From: Phycisphaerae bacterium
GTDB taxonomy: Bacteria; Planctomycetota; Phycisphaerae; UBA1845
DNA length: 64,000 nucleotides
NCBI GenBank assembly: GCA_963666835.2
Contig: CAXXGO010000005.1
Span: 192,001 to 256,000 of the forward strand
Direction: 5' to 3'
Shown in pieces: positions 42,073 to 51,230 of this stretch (its first letter is position 1; each line of letters begins with the position of its first letter). The position numbers were made by a program, and so were the translations under genes. The notes under the pieces were generated by a model. The model had not been told where the DNA came from. It worked only from the letters and a program-made list of their open reading frames with translations, and made no database searches.

Positions 42073-43085
42073 GGCCGCACAATCTGAATCCTGCTGTTGA
42101 GCGAATCCACCACATAGACGAGTCCGTCCGGACCGTACGCCGCACCCCAGGGACCGGAGAGCTCGCCCGGCTTGCGGCCGCTGTTTCCCCACACACGCAG
42201 CGATTCTCCGTCCTTCGAGAACCACTGTAGCCGATCACCACCGTATTCGCACACCAAGAGGTCGCCTTTTGGCGAAACGTCCACATCGTACGGATACCGG
42301 AGTTGTCCCGGTTCCCGCCCGAAGCCACCGACCGTGGCCAGTACCGTGCCGTCCAGGGCGAAGCGGACCAACCGGTGGTTGCACGCATCGGCGACCCACA
42401 ACGTCTGTTCATCGTCGATGACCAGTGCGGCGGGGCGACTCAAGCGATACCCTTCGATCGGCTCCTCTCCGAGTGATTGTACGAACTGAAGGTCCGGTGA
42501 CCATTTGGTGATGCGGTCGTTTCCGTGGTACTCGCTGACGTAGATGAAGTCGTCGGCGTCGATGGCGACGTCCGTCGGCAACTGGAACTGTCCGGGACCG
42601 TTGCCTTTGCCTCCGAATGAGGTGAGCAGCTTGTCGGAAGAGCCGTAGATCATAACGCGGTGGTAGTGAGTGTCTGCTATGAAAACGCGGCCGTCCCGAT
42701 GAGCGAGCAGGCCAACCGGCTTGCCCTGCTTGGTTTCGGGCATTCGCCATTCCGACACGTAAGAACCGTCGCCGGCGAAGCGCTGGACTCGTCCGGCTTT
42801 GTCTACAACCAGGATCTTCCCGTCCGGAGTCGCGGTGATTGCCCGTGGATAGCTGAAATCACCCGGGCCCAATCCTACGGCACCGAAGACGGCGATGACG
42901 CCGTTCGGGGTGATTGCCGGCGGATCACAACCGCTCGCCCAAGCGAGAAGGACCGAGGCTATTACCCAGCCCCGTCCGTAAAACCGTCGCGAGCTGCTCG
43001 GATACACGCCGGGTTGGACGATCTCGGCGCGGCGCAGTGGCGGTGCCGTCAGGTGAGAGGCTTGGTTGGATCGAAAGCACCACAT
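42069..43085 (-). CDS. NHL repeat (beta-propeller) lipoprotein
   Basis: Repeats GPGDFSYPRAI, GPGQFQLPTDVAID, YVVDSLNSRIQ; ASGC lipobox. Start uncertain. Confidence 0.9.
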   Translation of the reverse strand: MWCFRSNQASHLTAPPLRRAEIVQPGVYPSSSRRFYGRGWVIASVLLAWASGCDPPAITPNGVIAVFGAVGLGPGDFSYPRAITATPDGKILVVDKAGRVQRFAGDGSYVSEWRMPETKQGKPVGLLAHRDGRVFIADTHYHRVMIYGSSDKLLTSFGGKGNGPGQFQLPTDVAIDADDFIYVSEYHGNDRITKWSPDLQFVQSLGEEPIEGYRLSRPAALVIDDEQTLWVADACNHRLVRFALDGTVLATVGGFGREPGQLRYPYDVDVSPKGDLLVCEYGGDRLQWFSKDGESLRVWGNSGRKPGELSGPWGAAYGPDGLVYVVDSLNSRIQIVRP

Positions 43086-43265
43086 TATGACTACATCATA
43101 CCGATGTGGGCCGGGCTCCGCACCGGTAGAAAGCGGACGGCTTAGCGCGGTTTATTCAGACGGCTCGGGGAGAAGCCGTACGGCCGGCCTGTCGCCCCGG
43201 GGCGGCAAGGCAAGTTCCGGGGCACGATGCACCCGTGAATCGCAGTAGTTGACCCGGATGATCCG

Positions 43266-45041
43266 TCAATCTCCGGTTTCTTCTCCGCCGTCGGTCTTCT
43301 CCGATCCCTCAGCCGCCGCACTGCTTTCGCCGCCGGTAACGCGTTGGACGTTGGAGAAATACTCCTTTACGGCCTTGTGGTATTGCCGAGGTATTCTGTT
43401 GCGGTTGATGCGGTCGCTGGCATCGTGCTCGGAGGCCGTTACGATGTCCGACAGTGCCGAGCCTACCTCACCCTTGACCTGCTCTCCGTCGACGAGGAAC
43501 TGCCCGATGATGGCGCCTTTGCCGGTGTGGACCTTAGCCCGCTCGGTTTTGAAGTCGACGTCCGTCTGTTGCTCGGGCGCCAAGCCCCCGCGTCCTCTGC
43601 CCATGCCACCTATGCCGCCGTTGCCGCGTCCGCCCTGACCGGATCCCTGCCCCTGCCCCGGTTTATTGCATTGCCCGCTACCATCAACGTCGTTTTTGGC
43701 GTTCTGCAGATCTGTGATAGTGCTGTCGAGTTGGTTCATCTCCTGCTCGAGTTGCTCCAATTCCCCGAGCTGCGCTTCGGCCTGCGCAAGTCCGGACGCT
43801 GCGTCTCCCGCGGCATCCCCCGCTTTGTTGCAGGCGCAGGCCTTGCCCGCTTCCTTCATGGCCTGGGCGAGTTTCTTAGCGCCGGCATTAGCCTGTTGCT
43901 GGCTCTGCATCTGCTTGGTGATCTTGTCTATTTGCTGCTGGCTGAGCCCGTTATTCTCAAGCTGTTTCTTGAGCTGGTTCAGGTCTTTCTTCGTCAGGCG
44001 CTCGAGCATGCGTTCGGCGTCTTCTTTGTCGATTCCGGCCTGTTCAAGCTTCTGGGCGAGTTTCTTGTCGACTGCGACCTTCTCCAACTGCTTTGCCAAC
44101 TCTTCAAGTTGCTTGCCGAGCTTGGCCACCATTTCCTTGTCCTCTTCGGACTTCAACGTGGCCAACTGCTCTTTCAGAGCTTTGATCTCCTCCTTGGCGG
44201 TCTTGTAGTCACCATTCTGCAGGGCTCGATTCAGCTTCTGAGTGCGGGCGCCCTCCGACTGGGGTGAGTTGAGTCGGCGCAGCATCTTGCGCATGGCGTC
44301 GGCCCGGTCGTATTTGCTGTCTTCGCGTTTCTTTTTAACCGCGTCGGAAAGCCTGTCGATCTTCTTGGCCGCTTCGTGACGGATGTCCGATGGGCGTTGC
44401 AGCATACCCCCGGCTTCCTTGTTCATTCGCTGCCAATCGTCCTTGAGATCATCCAATGCCGGATTATCTCGAACCATCTTGTCGACCGAGCTGAGCTTCT
44501 TCTTGACTGCTACCTGGGTCTGCTGCATTACCTCGGTCTGCATCTGCTCTTCGGCGGCTTCCGTAGCCTTGAGCAGCCCCGGGGTGATCAGAAAGCACAG
44601 AGCGGCCGCGACCGACGCCACGACACTCCAGGAGAGCCCGCGAGGCGTCGTTATCCGGAGGTGATGCCTTACTGAGAGGGACGCTCCGGTCTGCTCTGCG
44701 TCGGCGACCACAGCTCTGGCGAAGGGATCGTCGGAGTCTTCGCAGTAATGACCGCTGCTGAGCCGTTCGCGGAGGTTTGCGGCTTCGTCCAGCCTCGCGG
44801 CCGCACTTCGAGCGTCCTCACGGGTAGCGGCCAGCCAGATGAGCGAGGCGATCAACGTACCAGCGGCAAGGGACGGTCCGATCCAAACAAGTGGTAGGGG
44901 CAAGTCGTACAACCGCTGCACGGCGACGACCGCGGCGAACAAGCCGGCGCCCGCCGCGACACACCAGGTGAAGTTCTGAAGCCAGCGGATCAGCCAGAGC
45001 CGATGTTGCGCTTTGCTGATTTGCCTCTGAAGCGACGTCAT
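43266..45041 (-). CDS. Membrane-anchored coiled-coil protein associated with the MoxR/vWA locus
   Basis: Three TM helices, LRERLSS, a long K/Q/E coiled coil, a Gly-rich stretch and C-terminal IPRQYHKAVKEYF. Confidence 0.82.
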   Translation of the reverse strand: MTSLQRQISKAQHRLWLIRWLQNFTWCVAAGAGLFAAVVAVQRLYDLPLPLVWIGPSLAAGTLIASLIWLAATREDARSAAARLDEAANLRERLSSGHYCEDSDDPFARAVVADAEQTGASLSVRHHLRITTPRGLSWSVVASVAAALCFLITPGLLKATEAAEEQMQTEVMQQTQVAVKKKLSSVDKMVRDNPALDDLKDDWQRMNKEAGGMLQRPSDIRHEAAKKIDRLSDAVKKKREDSKYDRADAMRKMLRRLNSPQSEGARTQKLNRALQNGDYKTAKEEIKALKEQLATLKSEEDKEMVAKLGKQLEELAKQLEKVAVDKKLAQKLEQAGIDKEDAERMLERLTKKDLNQLKKQLENNGLSQQQIDKITKQMQSQQQANAGAKKLAQAMKEAGKACACNKAGDAAGDAASGLAQAEAQLGELEQLEQEMNQLDSTITDLQNAKNDVDGSGQCNKPGQGQGSGQGGRGNGGIGGMGRGRGGLAPEQQTDVDFKTERAKVHTGKGAIIGQFLVDGEQVKGEVGSALSDIVTASEHDASDRINRNRIPRQYHKAVKEYFSNVQRVTGGESSAAAEGSEKTDGGEETGD

Positions 45042-45244
45042 GACTATGACTCCAGCCAGCTTTGCGGCGCGACGGTCGGGACGCGTTCTCTCAACCTATA
45101 TATAATAATACTCGGCTAAACCGCCGAATACAATTGCGGCGATAGTCCTCACCGGCACAATCGGGCGTTTACGGTGCTGCCGGGGCGACAACTTCCTACA
45201 AGCCGGCCGCCCGTAGCGGGCTGTTCCACGTCGAGCACGCAATC

Positions 45245-45253
45245 TGCTACAAT
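45245..45253 (+). promoter_or_regulatory. Possible extended -10 promoter
   Basis: TGCTACAAT ~150 nt upstream of ATG 45402. Confidence 0.3.
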
Positions 45254-45401
45254 GCCCAGCCACAGACCGGAGCCCTGACGTCTCCGGTCTGTCGGGTTTC
45301 CTTAAGGGGCTGCACCGATGCGCACGTTCCCCAATAGTGTAGACGGCCGGTCCGGCGGGATGTTAAGGTCCGGCGTGTTCTCCGTGGGCGGGGTTTGCCC
45401 G

Positions 45402-47351
45402 ATGGCGGGGGCTCGCGTGCGGTCGGCCTTCGTCTTTCCGATTTTCGTTACGTTATGGGCTTTCTTTGCACCTGTTCAGTTCGTCGTCGCCCAGACTTCG
45501 AAAGCCGAACCGACCGAGCCGGCGCCGGCCGGAGGCTCGGACGCGGGCTCCGTCCCCGTCGCCGATAAGACCGAGCCTTTGCCGCGGATTGTCGTGTTGG
45601 AGGGGCAAATTACGGACGCTATCGGGCGCGGGAAGTCCGGTGCCCAAGTCGTTATGCGACGAAAAAGTGAGGCCGCGCAGCCGGGCGAGCTGTTGGCCAC
45701 GACCACTACAGACGAGTTCGGGGATTTCAAGGTCACTATGCCCGAGCCGGTTCACGGCGAAGTCACCGTGACGGTCTCTCTGGCGGAATACGCCGATCTG
45801 GTTCGTGATTTCCGGGTGGGAGAGGACGAGTATCCGCCGTATTTCGCGGGTACCCTGGAAGGGGTGTTGGTAATTACCGGGCACGTCCGCGATGCGGCGA
45901 CGGCCGGTGGCGTCAGCGGAGCCACCGTCGCCTTTCGCTCGTTCTATCGCGATTGGTCGGCAACCACGGACGTCGCAGGGGCGTTTACGATCAAAGGTCT
46001 TTCTCCCGGACCGGGGGATCTGATCGTCGACGCGGAGGGCTTTGGTCGGGAACAGCAGGAGGTCGAAGTCCGAAAGGAGCTGGAGCCCTTCGATATCCTG
46101 GTCAAACCGGAGCGGATCCTGCATCTCAAGGTCGTGGACGATTTGAGCCAGCCGGTTCCCGGCGTGGTTATCGAGGCGGTGATTGAGGACCGGGCCGACT
46201 TCCGCACTACGGCGTCCGATGCAGACGGCACCGCCACGTTACGGGGGCTCCCCTTCGATACGGGGTTGGTCGTGGCTCGTCTCACGCATGCCGAGCACGT
46301 TTCGTCGCCGGTGTTCGATCGCGAGATCGACGTGCCTTCCGCAGAGACGGAGTCGACGCACGAGCTGGTGATGCAGCGTGCCGGCCGAGTGACGGGGACG
46401 GTGACTGAAGGCGGTACGGGGGCTGTGGTATACGGGGCTCGTCTTATTACCGGTACTGCGTACTCCGACGATTCTCCAAGAGACTGGTCGGATTATGAAG
46501 GCAAATACACGATCACCGGCGTGCCGCCGGGGTCCGTTACGATTACCGTTCACATGTCCGGTTATGCCCCGACACTTCAGACGATTGATGTCAATGCCGG
46601 CAAGGAGACCGTTGCCGACATCCGGCTCGAGAAGGCCACTAAGGTCGTCGGCGTGGTCAAGGACGATAAGGGGGCGCCGGTTCCCGGGGCCCACGTCGAG
46701 GCCACGAAATGGCGCGGCAGTGGCACCCTCGGTCTGCGCACGATGACCGGGGACGATGGCCGGTTCCTGATCGAGAATGCCCCGTTTGACGAGTTCGAGG
46801 TTGTCGTCATGTCTCCTTCGGGATGTCGCGTTCGCAAGACCATCGCGGCGCAACGAGACGCGGCCGTGGAAATCGTCTTGGCCGGGGGGAACGAGGCTGC
46901 AGGGATGGCCGGTCTGAACGCCGGCGACGCCGCGCCTGAGGTGTCGATGACGGCGCTTTCCGGGGAGACGTTCGAGTTGGCCAAGCTCAAGGGCAAGATT
47001 GTGCTGCTCGACTTCTGGGCGACCTGGTGCGGGCCCTGTGTGGCCGAGATTCCGGGGCTTATAGCTATTCACGATGAGTTCTCCTCCCATTCTGAATTCG
47101 TGATGATCGGAGTGAGCCTTGATTGGGAGGAGAAGACGGTCAGCCGGTTCGTCTCCAAGCAGAACATGGCTTGGCCTCAGGTTGTCGGAGAATCCGGAAA
47201 CGCTCAGGCGACGGCCGACGCGTTCGGCGTTGTTGGTATTCCCGCGACGTTCATCATCGGCCCTGACGGCAAGATTATTGCGGCCGACCTCCGCGGGGCC
47301 GAACTCCACAAGCGCATAGCCCAGGTTTTGAAGGATCGCAACTCCTCGTGA
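45402..47351 (+). CDS. Secreted protein with carboxypeptidase-regulatory-like (prealbumin-fold) repeats and C-terminal TlpA/ResA thioredoxin domain
   Basis: Repeats G.V.D..G.PV.GA..TD..G.F; LLDFWATWCGPC; GIPATFIIGPDGKI. Confidence 0.9.
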   Translation: MAGARVRSAFVFPIFVTLWAFFAPVQFVVAQTSKAEPTEPAPAGGSDAGSVPVADKTEPLPRIVVLEGQITDAIGRGKSGAQVVMRRKSEAAQPGELLATTTTDEFGDFKVTMPEPVHGEVTVTVSLAEYADLVRDFRVGEDEYPPYFAGTLEGVLVITGHVRDAATAGGVSGATVAFRSFYRDWSATTDVAGAFTIKGLSPGPGDLIVDAEGFGREQQEVEVRKELEPFDILVKPERILHLKVVDDLSQPVPGVVIEAVIEDRADFRTTASDADGTATLRGLPFDTGLVVARLTHAEHVSSPVFDREIDVPSAETESTHELVMQRAGRVTGTVTEGGTGAVVYGARLITGTAYSDDSPRDWSDYEGKYTITGVPPGSVTITVHMSGYAPTLQTIDVNAGKETVADIRLEKATKVVGVVKDDKGAPVPGAHVEATKWRGSGTLGLRTMTGDDGRFLIENAPFDEFEVVVMSPSGCRVRKTIAAQRDAAVEIVLAGGNEAAGMAGLNAGDAAPEVSMTALSGETFELAKLKGKIVLLDFWATWCGPCVAEIPGLIAIHDEFSSHSEFVMIGVSLDWEEKTVSRFVSKQNMAWPQVVGESGNAQATADAFGVVGIPATFIIGPDGKIIAADLRGAELHKRIAQVLKDRNSS

Positions 47352-48259
47352 CTCGCCCCTTGCCGACGAATGTGACCAGCGTCCAGCCCCGGCCGGTTGG
47401 TTTTGTCGAACCGAGGAACGACCGGGCTCGACGTGCTATGAAGGCTCTGGCCGACGCGCGTTGGGTGGATGCCGAGGAGAACATCGCGGCAATCGATGGG
47501 ACATTCGCCGAGGACCGAATGTGGAAGCCGCTGCTGCTGGGGAGGTTGGCCGTTGCTCGGGGTCGTCTTCCGGCCGCGGAGATGATCCTGACCGATGCGG
47601 CGGCAGAAGGTCGCGCGTCGGCGGCAGAGTGTGAGGATCAATCCGAAGCGTCCCTGTGGCGGCTGGCGGCGGTTGCCTACGACGATCTCGGACGCGTCTG
47701 TAGACGTCAGGATCGCCCGGAGGAAGCCCGTCTGGCGCATCGATCGGCTTACGATCTGCGTTGCCGATACGGCTCGGCGGAGGAGGAGTGGGAGAGTTGC
47801 CTGGCCCTCGGCGTCGATGCCGAGCTGGTCCGCGACTTCGAGCAGGCGCAGCATTGGTATCGGTTGGCTATCGATGTGGCGGCCCAGGCATCTGAGGATT
47901 CTGAGAAGAAGCGGGCGGTTGGGTGGAGCCAGCTTGCCGCCTCCCTGATCAACGGCGGCAGGCATGCCGAAGCGGTGGACGCCGCTCGCACCGCCCGGGA
48001 TTGGTGGTATCGGCATGATCCGGCGTCGGTGGAGATCGCCCGGGCCGATCTGAAGCTGGGGTACGCCCTGCTCAAGCACGGTGAGTCCCTGCACGAGTCG
48101 GACCGGGCGGAGGCGGCGAACGCCCTGGACGAGGCCGCCGAGTGGCTGGCCGAGGCCCGGGAATCGCTCGAAGCTTTCGGTTGCCTCGACGACGACCATC
48201 GCTGGTCCCTGGAGCAGGAAGACTTCGTCCGGCGGCTTCGCGCGGGTCTTGATGTTTGA
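47348..48259 (+). CDS. TPR-like helical repeat protein
   Basis: Ala-rich TPR-like patterns; GTGA overlap with the upstream stop. Confidence 0.7.
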   Translation: MTRPLPTNVTSVQPRPVGFVEPRNDRARRAMKALADARWVDAEENIAAIDGTFAEDRMWKPLLLGRLAVARGRLPAAEMILTDAAAEGRASAAECEDQSEASLWRLAAVAYDDLGRVCRRQDRPEEARLAHRSAYDLRCRYGSAEEEWESCLALGVDAELVRDFEQAQHWYRLAIDVAAQASEDSEKKRAVGWSQLAASLINGGRHAEAVDAARTARDWWYRHDPASVEIARADLKLGYALLKHGESLHESDRAEAANALDEAAEWLAEARESLEAFGCLDDDHRWSLEQEDFVRRLRAGLDV

Positions 48260-48338
48260 ACGACTGTCTCCGCATGGTTCGCTCTCGTTTCGAGCTTACG
48301 GTAGACTCCGCGGGTGTTCTTTCGAGGAGTGACCAGCC

Positions 48339-49880
48339 GTGGCGTATCCCGACTTGCAGTCGTTCATAGAGGACCTGGAGAACCGCGATCAGCTCCAGCG
48401 GGTCACCGCACAGGTCGATCCGGTCCTGGAAATAACCGCCGTTGCCGATCGGGTCAGCAAGATGCTCGCGGCCGGGTCCGCGCCGCCGCCGGCGACTGAT
48501 CCGGTACATGGTCGGTGGGGGGGGCGTGCTCTCCTTTTCGAGAATGTAACAGGATCAAGCCTGCCGGTAGCAATCAATCTGTTCGGTAGCTACGAACGCA
48601 TGCGCCTGGCTCTCGGGGTTGAGAGTCTGGAACAACTGGCGGATCGGGTACGCGAACTCGTCAATCCGCAGATGCCCACCACGTTGGTGGAGAAGATTAG
48701 GAAGCTGCCGCAGCTTGCCCGGCTTGCCGGCTTCGGCCCCAAGGTGGTCAAGAGGGGCATCTGTCAGGAAGTCGTGCATACCGACGACGCCGACCTGTCG
48801 ACTTTGCCCATCGTGCAATGCTGGCCGCACGATGGGCAGCCCGGCTTTGCGGGAAAGCCGGCGGACTGCACCGCAGGAACCGGGCGGTATCTCACCCTCG
48901 CGGCCGTTCAGGCGAAAGACCCTGAAACCGGGACGGTCAACTTGGGGATGTACCGGGTTCAGGTGTTCGGTCCGAAGCTGGCCGCGGTACATTGGCACAT
49001 GCACCACGACGGGGCTCGCATCTTCCGGAAGTACCAGCTCCGCGGTGAGAAAATGCCTCTGGCATGCGTACTGGGCGGGGAACCGGTGTTGCCTTATGCC
49101 TCGACTTGCCCTCTACCGCCCGAGGTCAGCGAGCTGCTGTTCGCCGGGTTTCTAAATGAAGGCGGTATTGAGCTGGTGCCCGGCAAGACTGTTCCCTTGG
49201 ATGTTCCGGCCAACGCGGAGATCGTGATCGAAGGATGGGTTCATCCGCGAGAGAAGCTGATCGAGGGGCCCTTCGGCGATCACACCGGCTTCTACTCGGC
49301 GGCCGATTGGTATCCGGCGTTGCACATAACGGCGATTACGCATCGCCGCGATCCTGTCTATCCCGCTACGGTTGTCGGAAAGCCGCCGCAGGAGGACTAC
49401 TACCTCGGGAAGGCTACCGAGCGAATATTCCTGCCGCTCTTGCAGCTTCTGGTCCCGGAGATTGTCGACTACTCGCTCCCGATGTTCGGGGCCGTCCACA
49501 ATTGCGCGTTTATCAAGATTCGCAAGGAATACCCGCTGCAGGCTCGCAAGGTGATAAACAGCATCTGGGGTGCCGGGCAGATGATGTTCTCGAAGATGAT
49601 CCTTGTGGTCGACGAGCAGGTCGACGTTCACAATGAGCAGGATGTGTTGTTCCACATGGCGGCCAACGTCGATTGGCGGCGCGATACGATTACTACTGAT
49701 GGTCCTTGCGATATTCTAGACCATGCCGGACCGGACCTGGGCAGTGGGGCTAAGATCGGTATCGACGCCACTCGCAAGATTCCCGGCGAGGGCCGGATTC
49801 GCGATTGGCCGGAAGAGTTGGCCGTCAGCCCCGAGACTGAGGCGCTGATTGATCGTCGGTGGAGTGAATACGGTCTTTAG
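48339..49880 (+). CDS. UbiD family decarboxylase (menaquinone-biosynthesis decarboxylase-like)
   Basis: ALLFENV, NLGMYRVQ, VPANAEIVIEG, EGPFGDHTGFY and KIGIDAT motifs. Confidence 0.94.
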   Translation: MAYPDLQSFIEDLENRDQLQRVTAQVDPVLEITAVADRVSKMLAAGSAPPPATDPVHGRWGGRALLFENVTGSSLPVAINLFGSYERMRLALGVESLEQLADRVRELVNPQMPTTLVEKIRKLPQLARLAGFGPKVVKRGICQEVVHTDDADLSTLPIVQCWPHDGQPGFAGKPADCTAGTGRYLTLAAVQAKDPETGTVNLGMYRVQVFGPKLAAVHWHMHHDGARIFRKYQLRGEKMPLACVLGGEPVLPYASTCPLPPEVSELLFAGFLNEGGIELVPGKTVPLDVPANAEIVIEGWVHPREKLIEGPFGDHTGFYSAADWYPALHITAITHRRDPVYPATVVGKPPQEDYYLGKATERIFLPLLQLLVPEIVDYSLPMFGAVHNCAFIKIRKEYPLQARKVINSIWGAGQMMFSKMILVVDEQVDVHNEQDVLFHMAANVDWRRDTITTDGPCDILDHAGPDLGSGAKIGIDATRKIPGEGRIRDWPEELAVSPETEALIDRRWSEYGL

Positions 49881-49984
49881 TCCACAAAGGCGGTGCGGCC
49901 GCCGGAGGAGGGTGTCGCCGGGGTGTTATGGGCAAGCGTGGCCGAATTCGCAGAGCAAAGCGCCGTTGGTTATTCGATCCCGCG

Positions 49985-50415
49985 TTGGGGGCATGGGTCG
50001 TTCCAGCTTGCCCGTGGACGCCCCCGGCTCGCCAAGCTCCACGGGTCAACAAGTTGACCCATGCCACCCAGTTGGCATTCCCCGCAACCGCACCTGCCGG
50101 GTGCCATGGCCCACGCTTGCCGGGTGCCCTGGCCCACGCTTGCGTGGCCATGAAGGAAAGGTCCTTGTGCGACGTGCATCTTACGAACATACGCCGAAGA
50201 TAGTGACATATGTCACTATCTTCGGCGTATTCGCAAGCGCGCAGGGTCCGCTCCGCAAACCGCATTTGCTCCGCGGGTCAACAGGTTGACCCATGACACC
50301 CGGTTGGCGCCCCCCTGTAGGGCAGCGTCGAGGCACGAGACCTGCCACGGTCTTTTCGCTGCGCAGGCTTTTGTAGCGGATCGAGTTTCCCAGCTCTAAA
50401 GAGGCGGGCCACCCT
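49985..50415. repeat. Mixed REP-like cluster between convergent genes
   Basis: CGGGTCAACA(A/G)GTTGACCCATG twice (50042, 50274), GGGTGCC(A/C)TGGCCCACGCTTGC twice (~50099-50142), family B at 50317 and family D at ~50384. Confidence 0.82.
50189..50230. repeat. Perfect 42-bp palindrome without loop
   Basis: ATACGCCGAAGATAGTGACATATGTCACTATCTTCGGCGTAT equals its own reverse complement. Confidence 0.95.
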
Positions 50416-50509
50416 GACGTGGTTGACATCGCGCGTGTGCCGTTTCTTTCGAGCAGTGCAGAATCGTCGTTCGTGCATGACGCCCGTGATCGGTCCGCCC
50501 ATGCAAACG

Positions 50510-50549
50510 CCGACGGCAACCCACCCGCAAAATGGTGGGCTGCCGTCGG
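50510..50549 (-). terminator. Probable intrinsic terminator of the RRM gene
   Basis: Stem CCGACGGCA(A)CCCACC/GGTGGGCTGCCGTCGG, 35 nt after the stop, with a short T-run on the minus strand. Confidence 0.55.
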
Positions 50550-50584
50550 TAGTCTGTAGCTAATCTGGTGAGTAGCCGACCGTC

Positions 50585-50869
50585 TTAGTAGCGGTCTCGC
50601 CTGCCGCCGCCGGCGCGCGGGGCGCGGGGCTTGGCTTCGTTTACGGTCAGGTTGCGGCCCATGTGGGCCTGACCATCCAGCGCGCTGATTGCCGCCCGGG
50701 CTTCTTCGTCAGAGCCCATCTCGACAAACCCGAACCCCTTGCTCCGACCGGTATCGCGGTCCGAGATGACCTCGGCGCTCTGGACCGATCCGTGTTCTGA
50801 CAGCAGAGCTTCGAGGTCTGCGCTGCTGACGTCGTAACTGAGGTTCCCGATATACAACTTCTTGCCCAT
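50585..50869 (-). CDS. RRM (RNP-1) RNA-binding protein
   Basis: KLYIGNL (RNP2), RSKGFGFVEM (RNP1) and a Gly/Arg tail; AGGAG RBS. Confidence 0.96.
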   Translation of the reverse strand: MGKKLYIGNLSYDVSSADLEALLSEHGSVQSAEVISDRDTGRSKGFGFVEMGSDEEARAAISALDGQAHMGRNLTVNEAKPRAPRAGGGRRDRY

Positions 50870-51230
50870 CGCGTTCTCCTGTCGATGGCATGTCCGACCC
50901 ACCGTTTCTCTTTCAGGGTCGTGCGTGAAAGCGGCCGCCACTTGGGGCCGGAAAAGGAAGGAAGACGATCCAGACTAAGCGTAGCCAAAGCCAAACGCAT
51001 GCCCCGTTCGACAAACCAACCGCGCGGAGTATATCCGCCTCGGATTCCGAGTAAACCCCGAATTGTCCGATTCACCTATCCAGGGGACATCCCGCCCTTG
51101 CACCGGCGGACCTGGACATACCGCTCGAGCAGTTAAGCAAAGATCGAGACGACCAGCCGGGGTGCGCATCGGCCCGTCCGGGTACCGGCCGATGGACTCG
51201 CCGAGGCACGACCTGCCGAGAACACTCCGG

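Noticed and set aside
45222..45237. parS-like TGTTCCACGTCGAGCA
   Set aside because: Two mismatches break the symmetry, it is single-copy, and no parAB or origin genes are nearby.
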